Shown piece after piece: positions 11,101 to 21,165 of a DNA stretch of 64,000 nt; position 1 is the first letter of the stretch; each line of letters starts with the position of its first letter. The notes under the pieces are model-generated. The model did no database searches and had not been told where the DNA came from. It worked only from the letters and a program-made list of their open reading frames with translations. The stretch spans positions 288,001 to 352,000 of the forward strand of contig CAWGYD010000004.1 of NCBI GenBank assembly GCA_963826785.1, read 5' to 3'. The position numbers were made by a program, and so were the translations under genes. This stretch comes from an uncultured delta proteobacterium. Lineage in GTDB: Bacteria; Desulfobacterota; Desulfobacteria; Desulfobacterales; Desulfosalsimonadaceae.

Positions 11101-11586
11101 GGGAATCAAAAATCCCTCGTCCGAGCACTCCAGCAGGATTTCCAGCAGGTCCCGGGCATCCAGTCCCAGAATGGGCCGGCCGTCCGACACGATGTTTCCG
11201 ATCCGGTCCAGACGGGCAGCAAAGCGTGCGGTGGACTCCAGGTCCGGCAGAAAAACCAGGTTGTGGATTTTCCGGGTGGCGCCGGACTTCTTGTAGATGC
11301 TGCTGATCTCGCCGTTTAACATGAAGCGGACGGGAAATTGATTCTTGAACGGAATCTGGGCTTCGCATTTTTTCTCGATGGCGTCGTTCAGTTTAAACAG
11401 CCCGGGTTCTGCCGGAACCAGCTTTTCACGGATTTCGGCAAACCAGGCAGGGTGGGTGAAATCGCCCGTCCCCAGCAGGGTGATTCCTTTCCGCCGGGCG
11501 GCGATGTAGAGGTTTTCAAAATCCAGGTTTTTGGCGGTGGCCCGGGAAAACCGGGAATGGATGTGAAGATCTGCGATAAATGTCAT
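8155..11586 (-). CDS. PHP-domain endonuclease Q fused to a UvrD/PcrA SF1 helicase
   Basis: N-terminal ADLHIHSRFS, GTGDFTHP, PAHIWTP, ETGLSSD, NSDAHS and CPVC; C-terminal AGPGTGKT, VDEYQD, GDPDQSIY, NYRS, HAAKGLEF and EERRLFYVGMTRA. Confidence 0.93.
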   Translation of the reverse strand: MTFIADLHIHSRFSRATAKNLDFENLYIAARRKGITLLGTGDFTHPAWFAEIREKLVPAEPGLFKLNDAIEKKCEAQIPFKNQFPVRFMLNGEISSIYKKSGATRKIHNLVFLPDLESTARFAARLDRIGNIVSDGRPILGLDARDLLEILLECSDEGFLIPAHIWTPWFSLFGAKSGFDAMEECFADLTPHIFAVETGLSSDPPMNWRVKGIDGLTLVSNSDAHSPANLGREANLLNTDLSYPAVKHAIKTGDPEKFIGTLEFFPEEGKYHQDGHRKCDVSLNPRESIDHGNLCPVCNKPLTMGVLHRVEELATRKDGDGPENRHPFYSLIPLSEILSEIEGVGCKSKKVAAAYERVLERLGPELPLLYALPTAAVREAGMGLLAEAIERMRAGRVHINAGYDGEYGRIRVFSPQEIDALAGQKSLFQMPQKALSAEACAASANPSPKSPRKPVKPAAAAQTAQIHPVPARDLLAGLNPDQARAVTHEQGPLLIVAGPGTGKTRTLTHRIAWLIREKKIAAESILAITFTNRAAREMAQRLSDLLGKDPVLPLTATFHAFCLRFLKEQAPESFTLIDENTRLSVMGAAMARAKKNGITVRGSAEAAGALISAARQQLLLPGDELAPISKDMPASSISAVYQIYREMMDAQKACDFDDLIARTVEILQTDQTVRAEWQNRFPYVFVDEYQDLNLPQYRIIQALVNHSADLCVIGDPDQSIYGFRGSDVAFFQRFLLDFPAARRVRLTRNYRSTDTILEASGQIMENHSLNSAHARVYSGISGLPHITILTAQTEKAEAVAVGKMIEQMIGGTGFDFTDFGKSSGTGWEGNRAFSDFTVLYRTRAQGEIFGEMFEKAGIPFQLASRQNLFERKGVAEALAWLKMMERCAAWTDLDRINACLASPFSPGEMEVIRNRGYRDQLPAHTLLSRDEPIAHPALTPAGNSLLAGLTHRMADLRRKTASLTASRKLAFMAEQPEIRPLFANDSQISEAFKRVIAMAEPFGQNTRDFIETITLENDPDVIETGAEKVCLMTLHAAKGLEFPVVFITGCEDGLIPFLRAGKASYTDAEEERRLFYVGMTRAKEALYLCWSNTRMIHGRTGTRTRSPFLDDIEKQLLKQKRREHPPRKKGPVQMTLFSGTGKT

Positions 11587-11919
11587 GTGATGTTCCGGTC
11601 GGGGTTGCTGTGGGGCATCTTAAAAACGTCTGTGATACGCCGGCGCGGATCGGAAAAAGCCCGATAACGTCCTGTCGAACCAAAGATGCGATTTTCCGAT
11701 CAGGCAACACATATCAATTCCTCATGAGTTTGCACAGGAAAAAGTCCTTGCCCATTGAAGCCATAATCAGTATTGAAATGACTTTGTTCTTATGGGGCCC
11801 CAAGCCTCGCGTAAATTCCGCATAATGGCTCAGGAAAAATGATTATCCGGGTCCTTGCGGGAAATGGGAACAAATGCACGCAAGATCATCACATCCATTT
11901 CGTCATAGGAGTTAACTGC

Positions 11920-12546
11920 ATGGGTATCTTATCGTCGTCCACTTCCATCACCCGGTACCGGGTGAACGGCCAGATCGCCGAGCCGTTCATGGAAAATGTC
12001 ATAACGGGTCTGAAGAATCACATGATTCATGAGATCGACAATGATCCCGCCGAAAAAAGCGCAGGGTTTACCTGTTTTGAGACCCCGTTCAAGCCGGACT
12101 TTGACAACGCGAATCTCGTCTTCGGCACCCATCTGATCTTTTCCCTGCGGGTGGACAAGAAGACCATTCCTTCCAGCATCATCAAAAAGCAGGTCAACGC
12201 GGCCATTGCCAAGCGCCTGGCCGATTCCGACCGCCAGGCCCTGTCCAACAACGAAAAGCGCGAGATCAGGGATGACGTCACCCGAAGGCTCTACACCCGG
12301 ATTCCGGCGGCGCCCAGCGTCTACGACCTGATCTGGAATTATGAAGGGGGCGAACTGTGGTTTCTGACCAACCTGAAGGCCGCCAACGAAGAGCTGGAAA
12401 ACCTGTTTTCCAAGGCTTTCAAGCTGTCTCTTATCCGGCTGTTCCCCTACACCGCCGCCGAGATCGCCTGCGGGCTGTCCGATGCCGAGAAGGACCGGCT
12501 GAGCAAACTTTCACCCACCCAATTTTTCAGGGGGCAACATGCTTGA
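11920..12546 (+). CDS. rdgC: RdgC-like recombination-associated protein
   Basis: MGILSSSTSITRY start; FSLRVDKKTIP, KREIRDDV and DLIWN pattern; AGGAG RBS. Confidence 0.7.
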   Translation: MGILSSSTSITRYRVNGQIAEPFMENVITGLKNHMIHEIDNDPAEKSAGFTCFETPFKPDFDNANLVFGTHLIFSLRVDKKTIPSSIIKKQVNAAIAKRLADSDRQALSNNEKREIRDDVTRRLYTRIPAAPSVYDLIWNYEGGELWFLTNLKAANEELENLFSKAFKLSLIRLFPYTAAEIACGLSDAEKDRLSKLSPTQFFRGQHA

Positions 12547-13066
12547 TGTATCTGTGGCCTACAACCGCTACAAGTTCCTGGGCCATGAATTTCTGACCTG
12601 GATGTGGTTCATGATTGACAATGAGAAGGATTCGCTGCTGGAACTGGACAAAGATCTGGCGGATATTTACATCGGCAACCGGGTGGTGCTGGAAAACAGT
12701 TCCCTCAACCGGGAGGAAACCATCACCATCAAGGGAGACGGCGCCGGCCTGGAAGAAGGATTGATCGCCCTTTCCAAGGGCGGCAAGGTCGCCGAGATCA
12801 ACCTGGCCGTCCGGGCGGGGGAGTTTGAATGGCGGTTTAATCTCAAGGGGGAAAGCCTGAATATCGGCGGCCTCAAGCCCCCGGAGACCGGAAAGATCGA
12901 ATCCAAGGAGGATGTGGAAGGTGCGGTGCTGGAGAAAATTTATCTGTACGAAAAAATAATCAATTTCTCCCACCTGGCCTACCAGGCGTTTTTAAAGCAG
13001 CGGATTTCGGAAAGCTGGGAGAACAAGGAAGTAAACCGCATTGCGGAGTGGATCGGCCGGGCCTGA
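12539..13066 (+). CDS. Second RdgC-like or conserved hypothetical protein
   Basis: FLGHEFLTWMWF motif; overlaps the upstream gene by 8 nt. Confidence 0.55.
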   Translation: MLDVSVAYNRYKFLGHEFLTWMWFMIDNEKDSLLELDKDLADIYIGNRVVLENSSLNREETITIKGDGAGLEEGLIALSKGGKVAEINLAVRAGEFEWRFNLKGESLNIGGLKPPETGKIESKEDVEGAVLEKIYLYEKIINFSHLAYQAFLKQRISESWENKEVNRIAEWIGRA

Positions 13067-13117
13067 TCGGGGGCTGTGACCCGTAAATCACTCATAAATC
13101 GGTTTTGACCGGGCGCT

Positions 13118-13678
13118 TCAGACGGTCAGGTGAGCGATCAGTATCCGCAGGCCGATGCCGATTAAGATGATGCCGCCGATGAATTCCATGCCGGAGCCGA
13201 ACTTCTTTCCCACGAATTTGCCGGCCCGGATGCCGATGACCGACAGGCCGGCGGTGATGATGCCGATCAGGGCGCTGGGATACCAGATATTGATGTTGAT
13301 CATGGCCAGGCTCAGGCCCACGGCCAGTGCGTCGATGCTGGTGGCCACCGACAGGATCACCAGGCTCATCCCCTTTGAGGGGTCCCTGCGGAAGGTTTCC
13401 GTGTCGGTCTGAAATGCGGATATGATCATCCGGGTGCCGACAAAGGCCAGCAGGGAAAAGGCGATCCAGTGGTCCACGGCTGAAATCAGGTGGGCCACGG
13501 TAATACCCGCGGCCCAGCCGATCACCGGCATCATGGCCTGAAACAGGCCGAAATGAAAAGAAAGCCTGAAATAGGCGCGCTTTCCGGAAATCAGCCCGGA
13601 GGTGCCGGCGGCCACGGATACGGCAAAGGCATCCATGGCCAGGCCCACGGCAATCAGCAGGATTTCGGGGGTTTGCAT
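13118..13678 (-). CDS. mntP: Manganese efflux pump MntP
   Basis: GLAMDAFAVS, FGLFQAMMP, DHWIAF and ATSIDALAVG motifs. Confidence 0.93.
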   Translation of the reverse strand: MQTPEILLIAVGLAMDAFAVSVAAGTSGLISGKRAYFRLSFHFGLFQAMMPVIGWAAGITVAHLISAVDHWIAFSLLAFVGTRMIISAFQTDTETFRRDPSKGMSLVILSVATSIDALAVGLSLAMININIWYPSALIGIITAGLSVIGIRAGKFVGKKFGSGMEFIGGIILIGIGLRILIAHLTV

Positions 13679-13873
13679 GAAAAATAAACCGCGTATGGTC
13701 TTTTAAGTTGCAAACGTGTTTGCGAATGTTCCCATAAACGACCCAGTTTATATAACAGAATATGCCGGGTACGCATAGCGTCAAAATGTGGTGAACTATT
13801 GTGAATACGTGCCCGTACACATTTACGGGCGCGTGCACGGAAAAATCAACGGAAAACAGGAGGAGGACTGAAC

Positions 13874-15124
13874 ATGAAAGAAGTGGTTATCGTATCCGCA
13901 TGCCGGACGGCCATCGGCGCGTTCGGGGGCACTTTGAAGGACATGATCGGCGCACAGCTGGCCGCCGTGGTCATGAAGGAAGCGGTCGAGCGTGCGGGGA
14001 TCGATCCGGCCATCATCGATGATGTCCGGTTCGGATGCTGCATGGACCCCACGGACACCTTGAATGTCACCCGGGTGGGCGCCCTGATGGCGGGTATCCC
14101 GGACACCGTTCCGGCAGTCACCATCAACCGTGTCTGCATCTCCGGCATGGAGGCCACCCTGTCGGGGATGGCCATGATCCAGGCGGACATGGCCGATGTG
14201 GTCCTGGTGGGCGGGGTCGAGCACATGTCCAGCGCACCCTATGAAGTCCCGGCCGCCCGGTGGGGATGCCGCCTGCAGGACCAGGTGTTTGTCGATTCGC
14301 TGATCCGGAAGCTTCACTGCGGATCCTATGTGATGCCGTTTTCGGCCGATGCGCCGGTGGACACCACCCAGGCCCCGGCCTCCATGTTCCTGGGGAAACC
14401 CTACATCATGGGGCATACCGCGGAATTCATCGCCCAGAAGCACAACATCTCCCGGGAGGAAATGGACGAAGTCGCCTTGAGAAGCCACAACAACGCGGAA
14501 AGGGCCAACAAGGAAGGCGATTTTGCAGAAGAGATCGTTCCCGTTTCCGTCCCCCGGCGCAAAAAAGACCCGCTGGTGTTCGACAAGGACGAACATTTCC
14601 GCCCGGGGCTGACCATGGCCGACCTGGTGAAGCTGCCCGCAGCATTTGTCCCCAAGATCGGCAAGGTCACCGCCGGAAACTCCAGCGGCTTAAATGACGG
14701 GGCCACCGCCATGATCATCATGTCCGCGGACAAGGCCAAAGAACTGGGGCTCACCCCCCTGGCCCGCATCAAGGCCTCGGGCAAGGGCGCCTGTCATCCG
14801 GCCCTCATGGGCCTCTCCCCGGTTCCCGCGGTGAACAACCTGCTGGACAGAAGCGGCCTGAAAATCAAGGATTTCGATCTCGTCGAGGTCAACGAGGCCT
14901 TTGCCGCACAGTACCTGGGCTGCGAAAAGGAACTGGGCTTGAACCGCGAGATCACCAATGTCAACGGATCCGGCATCGGCCTGGGGCACCCGGTGGGGAG
15001 CACCGGCGCCCGGGTGATCGTCACCCTGCTCTACGCCCTGCGCAAGAGAGGCAAACATCTGGGCATGGCCACCCTTTGCGGCGGCGGCGGTGTATCCATG
15101 GCCACGGTGATCGAAACCCTGTAG
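13874..15124 (+). CDS. Acetyl-CoA C-acyltransferase (thiolase)
   Basis: NRVCISG, NDGA, NEAF, GHPVGSTG and CGGGG catalytic motifs; AGGAGG RBS. Confidence 0.95.
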   Translation: MKEVVIVSACRTAIGAFGGTLKDMIGAQLAAVVMKEAVERAGIDPAIIDDVRFGCCMDPTDTLNVTRVGALMAGIPDTVPAVTINRVCISGMEATLSGMAMIQADMADVVLVGGVEHMSSAPYEVPAARWGCRLQDQVFVDSLIRKLHCGSYVMPFSADAPVDTTQAPASMFLGKPYIMGHTAEFIAQKHNISREEMDEVALRSHNNAERANKEGDFAEEIVPVSVPRRKKDPLVFDKDEHFRPGLTMADLVKLPAAFVPKIGKVTAGNSSGLNDGATAMIIMSADKAKELGLTPLARIKASGKGACHPALMGLSPVPAVNNLLDRSGLKIKDFDLVEVNEAFAAQYLGCEKELGLNREITNVNGSGIGLGHPVGSTGARVIVTLLYALRKRGKHLGMATLCGGGGVSMATVIETL

Positions 15125-15192
15125 GGCGGACCCGTTGCCGGCGGGCCTGCGCGACAGTAAGCTATGTAAACGAAGGACTTAACCGGAATGCC

Positions 15193-15230
15193 GACGGGCG
15201 GAAGAAATTTTTTTTCCGCCCGTTTTCTTT
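15193..15230 (+). terminator. Probable intrinsic terminator after the thiolase
   Basis: ACGGGCGGAA...TTCCGCCCGT hairpin followed by a T-rich tract. Confidence 0.6.
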
Positions 15231-15316
15231 CGAAATCCTTCCTTTTTTTGCGCCATGGATCATTCTTCATTACTATTTGCAAAGGTGCTTTGCCTTTTAA
15301 CCGCCGGAGGTGATCC

Positions 15317-15712
15317 ATGCCGTATCGTATCAGCCGCGTGATGTTTTTGATGATTTTTGCCGCCCTGATGGCCATTTCGGTTCCGTCGACGTCCATATCC
15401 CAGGATGAAAATCCCCAGGCCCGGAAAATGATGGAGGGCGAACTTCAAGCCCTGAAGACAGCCGATTACCAGCAATTTATTCAAAACGGCAACAGCGCCT
15501 TCAAAGAATTGTCCAAAACGGTATTCGACGTACTGGAGATGAGCTGGTCGGAAGAACTGGCCAAAGGATACCAGCTGGATTATCTCGGGGCCATCGAGCG
15601 GGTGGGGATGACGGAATATCTCTGGCGGGTGACCTTCACCGGCAGCAATTCACAACACCTGGGCAGGCTGACCCTGGCGGATGGGAAGATCGCCGGGTTC
15701 AATCTGGATTAG
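15317..15712 (+). CDS. Exported hypothetical protein
   Basis: GGAGG RBS, signal-peptide-like N-terminus, 131 aa. Confidence 0.7.
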   Translation: MPYRISRVMFLMIFAALMAISVPSTSISQDENPQARKMMEGELQALKTADYQQFIQNGNSAFKELSKTVFDVLEMSWSEELAKGYQLDYLGAIERVGMTEYLWRVTFTGSNSQHLGRLTLADGKIAGFNLD

Positions 15713-15739
15713 ACGTGGATCGCGTTTAAAGCGCCCCCC

Positions 15740-15910
15740 CTGCTTTGCGGTGTTTTTGCAGGAATGAACTTTTCAGCGGCAGCCGAAGGGACACCCCCCT
15801 GACCCCCCTATGGGGGATTAGGCCTTGAAATTACGTTCAACTTCCTCAATCGAGGGGGGCTCCTTTTTTTATTCCCCCCTGCGAGGGGGGACCAGGGGGG
15901 GTGTTGGACC
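15740..15910. repeat. REP/MITE-like element, family B copy 1
   Basis: Inverted homolog of 47246-47435; shared GATTAGGCCTTGAAATTACG, GGGGGGTGTTGGACC and TTTTGCAGGAA segments. Confidence 0.7.
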
Positions 15911-15969
15911 TGCGCAGCGACACAAGATGCGCGGCAAAGATCATCGGATCGAGCGGGCATTGAAAAAAC

Positions 15970-16806
15970 ATGGGGAATATGCTTTCCAGACACGTCAAAT
16001 CGGCCGCATGGATTGCCGTCATCGTTTTTACGGGGGTTTTCGCATCGTTAATGCCAGCCGCTGCGGAACCAGAAACCCCGGAATGGACCACGCGGATCGA
16101 ACTGGGGCCATCCGTCCAGTACTTTAACTGGGAGGAATTTTCCGATGCCGGGCTCAAACTGGTGGAGGAAAACGGGCTTCGCTACGCGCTGTGTGTCGAT
16201 GCGGATTCCCGAAAAGGTCATTACGGTTGGCGGGGAGGGCTGCAGGTATTTGCAGGGGAGGTCAATTACAAGGGCTACACCTGGTCCCTGGTCCCGGTGA
16301 GGACCGATGTCTTTTACGCCGGCACCCGGCTATATCTGGATGCCGTCCCCGCACACCGATTCGATTCCGGATTGCTGCTGTCCGCCTTTGCGGGTCTGGG
16401 CGGACAGGGATGGCTGCGGGACCTGGATGACACCCGCACGCCGGCGGGCGAGCCCGTGGGCGGGGGGGAGGAATGGTGGGGGTGCCTCTATGGCCGGCTG
16501 GGGATGGGAGCGGAGTACCCAGTCCGGCCCCGGACGGTCCTGTTTGCCGAGGCCGGCGTGAAGCTGCCCATATATGCCCGCAACGAGGCGGAATTTTTCG
16601 TGACCGGCAGCCCCTCTGCCGGCCTGGAACCGGAGATGACCGTTTCCATATTTTCCGCAATGGGTGTGCGCTGGCGGCAAATCGCGGTCAAGCTGACCTA
16701 TGACACCCTTCGATTCGACCGGTCCAATACAGTGGAAAACTTGTATCAGCCCAGATCGGAATCCGACACCATCAGCCTGAGTGCCGCCTGGATATATTCG
16801 TTTTGA
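15970..16806 (+). CDS. Putative outer-membrane beta-barrel protein
   Basis: Signal peptide, alternating amphipathic strands, C-terminal WIYSF. Confidence 0.65.
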   Translation: MGNMLSRHVKSAAWIAVIVFTGVFASLMPAAAEPETPEWTTRIELGPSVQYFNWEEFSDAGLKLVEENGLRYALCVDADSRKGHYGWRGGLQVFAGEVNYKGYTWSLVPVRTDVFYAGTRLYLDAVPAHRFDSGLLLSAFAGLGGQGWLRDLDDTRTPAGEPVGGGEEWWGCLYGRLGMGAEYPVRPRTVLFAEAGVKLPIYARNEAEFFVTGSPSAGLEPEMTVSIFSAMGVRWRQIAVKLTYDTLRFDRSNTVENLYQPRSESDTISLSAAWIYSF

Positions 16807-16847
16807 ATGCAATCTTGATGAAGCCGCAAAAAAGTTCTATTCAGCCT

Positions 16848-18592
16848 TCACCCTTTTTCCTTGAAAATCCGAAGCGTTCGCATCCGGTTCATGGCCGCGG
16901 CCAGATCCAGGCCCCTGAACTGGGCGAGTTCGCCCATGATATAGGGGGCGATCACGTCCAGACCCTGTTCGCAGATGTCGGAGGACACGGCATTGACCAC
17001 TTCCGCCAGTGTCCGGCCCCCGTCCATGTAGCGGACTGCATACCATAGGGCATACCCGATGGCGCCGGTCTGGCAGGAATCCACGATCTGCTCCACATCC
17101 GAAAGATCGATGACACTGTTTCCGAATACGATCTCATGTCTGCCCCTGTCTGAAATCCTGATTTTGCCGGGGATTGCATATGGATTAATGCCGTCTGCCG
17201 CCGGGATCCGTTTCCGGATGCCGCCGAAACGGCCGCGCCCTTCCCGCATCCTGGGTGCTGAATCGGATGCGGCGATTTCATGGGCCCGGGCCGTCACGTC
17301 TTCCGGCTGGTAGGCATTCATGGCGATCACCTGGTCGGCCACGCTGAAGTAATCGCCGGAACCGCCCATTACCAGAATGGTGGAGATATTTTTGGCTTCG
17401 TGGATCTGTTTGACCGTATCGATAAATGGGGTGATGGGTTCCAGATCCTTTGCGATCAGCTGCTGCATCCGGCGGTCCCGGATCATGAAATTGGTGGCGG
17501 ACGTGTCTTCATCCAGCAGCAGGACCGTGGCCCCGGCTTCGACAGCCTCGGCGATACCGGCGGCCTGGGAAGTGCTTCCGCTGGCATTGGCGGTGGAAAA
17601 GGCGGTCGTGTCCTGTTGGAAGGGCAGATGGTTGATGAAGGCGGATATGTCGGTTTTTTCGATGTTTCTGCCGTCGCAGGCGCGGATTTTCATGGTGGCT
17701 GCCGGGCAGACCACCATCTCCCTACCGTCTCCCGGAATGTGGTTGTAGATGCCCAGTTCCAGGGCGGAAAGCAGGGTGGATTTTCCGTGAAACCCCCCCC
17801 GGTGATCAGGGTCACGCCGCACGGGATGCCCATACCGGCAATTTGCCCCCGATTCGGCAGATCCAGCGTGACTTTAAACTTTTCGGGTGAAATAAAGGGG
17901 ACCACGTTGTCATCCGGCAGCGGTCTCGGATCGATGCCGCTGGCCCGGGGCAGGCGGCTGCCGTCGGCCACAAACCCGGCAAGTCCCGTTTCTTCAAGCA
18001 GGGCGCGCGCGGCTTCGGCATCTTCGGCGGTTTCGATATGGCGGTAAAGGGTTTTTTCGTCTTCCGGGGCGAAATAGAGCGCGTGGTCGACAATTGCGGG
18101 CAGTTCGTCGAAGAACATGGCCATGGCATCGGTCCCGGAAATTTTCCGGAACAGGGCGGGCAGGGCCATGCGGAACCGGGCCTCCACCCGGTCTTCGTCG
18201 ATGATCATGGCGCTGCGGGCAAGGATTTCCTGGCCGGGCGCGGCGATGGTGATCAGGCCGCTCTTGCCGGTCCCCCGGCGCCCGGGTGAACACCATTTCC
18301 GGCAGCCGTGGTAAAACCGGCGGGTCAGATAGTCGCACAGGGCGGTGCGGCGGCTGATGGACCGGGTCATATCGGATGTGAAACCGGATCGTTTCCGGTC
18401 CACCCGGACCCGCATCCGGCTGGGCCGGGCATAGGGGTCGCCCTGGACGTGGTCGATGTGGAGAAAAAAACGGGCAAACCGGTATGCCCCGGCAATATCC
18501 GCGTACGCCTTATACTGTCTGCCGTCGATCCGGGCGAGGATATCTCGAAGATCCTCATGTGAATCCAAATTGTTATCGGGTTTGACGGGCAA
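16848..18592 (-). pseudogene. Predicted ABC-class P-loop ATPase (ABC_ATPase family), frameshifted within Walker A
   Basis: ORF 17690-18592 (HVQGDPYA, LPRASG) and ORF 16848-17822 (FHGKSTLL, ASGSTSQAA, LDEDTSATNFMIRD) join if the C8 run at 17793-17800 were C9, giving ITGGGFHGKST; probably an assembly error. Confidence 0.85.
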
Positions 18593-18704
18593 GGGGGATG
18601 ACCTCCTGAAGTCTGCATCAACAGTTCATCCGCATTTTCGGCCTGTCAAATTGAAAAGGGCGGTGCGCAAAAATACTGGCAGCGGACTGCTGAAGCGGGT
18701 GCCT

Positions 18705-19196
18705 TCAGTTGACGTCGGATTTCACCTGGGTGATATAGGTTTTCATCAGCTCTTTGCAGCGGGGATTTTCATTGATCAGGGGAAACAGCTCGGTCAATTC
18801 CCGGCGGGCATGGTCTTTTAAATCATCGAAGAAAAGGCTTAATTTTTTCAACATGGGGGAGTCGAGACCGGATACGGCTCTGGCGTCCGTGGCCGCGATG
18901 ATCCGCTTCAGCCGGATCTCCAGGGCGCCATGGTCTTTTTGGAGGGACATGACCATCAAAAGGGTGTCATAATCGGGTGCGCCGACGGCGGCGGCGGGAA
19001 AAAAAATGAGCTCCTCCATCTGAAAATGGCGGATCAGGTCTTTTTTAAGGAAAGACAGGAAATCATGCAGCTCTTCGACAAAGCGTTCATCCCGTTCATT
19101 GATCTTTTTGTTGAATTTTACCACATAATCCGTGATGATGTGATGCTCCTGGGCGAGCCTGGCCACTACATTGTTGATGTCGTGCAGTTCAGTCAT
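18705..19196 (-). CDS. Hemerythrin-like domain protein
   Basis: EH, HFQMEELIFFP, DH and HARRELTELFP pattern. Confidence 0.8.
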   Translation of the reverse strand: MTELHDINNVVARLAQEHHIITDYVVKFNKKINERDERFVEELHDFLSFLKKDLIRHFQMEELIFFPAAAVGAPDYDTLLMVMSLQKDHGALEIRLKRIIAATDARAVSGLDSPMLKKLSLFFDDLKDHARRELTELFPLINENPRCKELMKTYITQVKSDVN

Positions 19197-19312
19197 GTGT
19201 CACCTTGATGATGCTGTGGGAAAAAGTTCAACGGCTCCGTTGAGGTAAACGGGCAGAGCATAACATAGATGCGGAGGGATGAAAAGATGTAAACGGGGCC
19301 GGCGAAATCGGC

Positions 19313-19744
19313 TCAGGCCACCTGGCGGGCCATCATCTCCTTGATGGTGTCGATCATCACCGGTTTGAGCTGGCGCCATTTGGGATTAATGGCTTTTCCC
19401 TTGAACCAGGTGAAGTCGACGGAAACAAACTGTTCGGGGATAACGTGCTCTGAAAGCGATCCGTATGTGATCAGCGGATAATATTCCACCCAGAGCATCC
19501 GGTTGGGATCGATGGCAAAATCCTGGATCACCTTGGACGCGATATGCCCTGCGCAGCTTCGCACGGACATTTTGCTTTCGGCAACATCTGATACAATGGC
19601 CACATAGGGGCGCAGGAAAAAAACGGAATTTTTCGCGTCCCCGGACCGGTCAAAAAGAAGAAGCCGGCATTTTCCGGCCGCCAGGCGCAGCTTTCCGCCC
19701 CATCCCTCCCAGGAATATATGGAGTCATAAATCACGCGCATCAT
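19313..19744 (-). CDS. Conserved hypothetical protein
   Basis: 143-aa ORF with protein-like composition, co-oriented with neighbours. Confidence 0.65.
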   Translation of the reverse strand: MMRVIYDSIYSWEGWGGKLRLAAGKCRLLLFDRSGDAKNSVFFLRPYVAIVSDVAESKMSVRSCAGHIASKVIQDFAIDPNRMLWVEYYPLITYGSLSEHVIPEQFVSVDFTWFKGKAINPKWRQLKPVMIDTIKEMMARQVA

Positions 19745-19936
19745 TCGATTCCGTCGAAATTGATCCTTAAGATTATATCCATTAATCTAATGATAATTGT
19801 CCGGCCGGTCAAGATGTAACCGGTGCGGATCTTGGGTTTTGGATGATGTGCTGCGCGGCACAGGCGCTGCGGTGAAAATAAATAGACAGGAAAACCGCCC
19901 GGGGCGGATATCCTGAAAAAAAGGAAATTATCAGCC

Positions 19937-21112
19937 ATGAACCAGGAAAATTCATCGGAGTCGGTGCGCTTCATCGACATCGATGACAAGAAGATCATTC
20001 TCGTCGGAACCGCCCATGTCTCCCGGCAGAGCGCGGATCTGGTCAAATCGGTCATAGAAGAACAGCAGCCGGAGACCGTCTGCGTGGAACTGTGCGCCTC
20101 CCGGTACCAGTCCATCCGGAACAAGGACCAGTGGCAGAATATGGACATCATCAAGGTCATCAAGGAGAAAAAATCGTTTCTGCTGCTGGCCAACCTCATG
20201 CTCTCCTCATTTCAGAAGCGCATCGGCGAAAAATTCGACATCAAGCCGGGGGCGGAGATGATCCAGGCCATGGATGCCGCGGAGGCGGCCGGCGCCGAAC
20301 TGTGCCTGGCGGACCGGGACATCACCGTCACCCTGTCGAGGACCTGGCGCAGCACCGGGTTTTTTGCGAAGATGAAGCTCCTGTTCCAGCTGGTGCTCTC
20401 CATGGGGCAGGTGGATGAGATCGAGGAAAAGGACATCGAACAGATGAAGCAGGAGGATATCCTCGAGTCCATCCTGTCGGAAGTGGAAAAAACCCATCCC
20501 TCGCTTCGTAAAATCCTGATCGACGAGCGGGACCAGTACCTGGCCCACAAGATCCGCACCGCCCCGGGAAAGAAGATCGTGGCGGTGGTGGGGGCAGGGC
20601 ACGTCCCGGGAATATTGAAGTATATAGATAAAGATATCGACATTAAACCCCTTGAGCAACTGCCGCCTAAAGGCCGGGCCGCCGGGCTGCTCAAATGGAT
20701 CATTCCGGCAGCCATCGTGGCGCTTTTGGGAGCGGGATTTTATTACGGCGGAGCGAAGGCCGGCAAGGACATGATCGTGTGGTGGATCGCCGCCAACGGG
20801 ATTTTCGCCGGGATCGGGGCCGTCATCGCCTGGGGCCATCCCCTGACCATCCTGACGGCGGTGTTTGCCGCGCCGATCACCTCCTTAAACCCCATGATCG
20901 CCGCCGGATGGGTTTCCGGGCTGGTGGAGGCGTTCGCCCGCAAGCCCAAGGTGAGGGACCTGGAGCACCTGCCCGAGGATATCCTGTCCGTTCGAGGCTT
21001 CTGGAGCAACAAGGTGACCCGGATTCTGCTGGTGGTGGTCTTCACCAACCTGGGCAGCTCGGTGGGCACCTTTGTGGCGGTGCCGCTGATGGTGAAGGTG
21101 CTGGGCACATAA
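19937..21112 (+). CDS. TraB/PrgY/GumN-family protein
   Basis: LVGTAHVS, VCVEL, PGAEM, ADR, IDERD and VVGAGH motifs with C-terminal TM helices. Confidence 0.92.
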   Translation: MNQENSSESVRFIDIDDKKIILVGTAHVSRQSADLVKSVIEEQQPETVCVELCASRYQSIRNKDQWQNMDIIKVIKEKKSFLLLANLMLSSFQKRIGEKFDIKPGAEMIQAMDAAEAAGAELCLADRDITVTLSRTWRSTGFFAKMKLLFQLVLSMGQVDEIEEKDIEQMKQEDILESILSEVEKTHPSLRKILIDERDQYLAHKIRTAPGKKIVAVVGAGHVPGILKYIDKDIDIKPLEQLPPKGRAAGLLKWIIPAAIVALLGAGFYYGGAKAGKDMIVWWIAANGIFAGIGAVIAWGHPLTILTAVFAAPITSLNPMIAAGWVSGLVEAFARKPKVRDLEHLPEDILSVRGFWSNKVTRILLVVVFTNLGSSVGTFVAVPLMVKVLGT

Positions 21113-21165
21113 TGCTGCGGAACAAAGGATGATGCGTGCGGCGGCTGGCAGGAGAAAAATCTTGT

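Noticed and set aside
13679..13870. yybP-ykoY Mn riboswitch upstream of mntP
   Set aside because: Consensus elements not recognisable by eye; only short palindromes such as TTGCAAACGTGTTTGCGA are present
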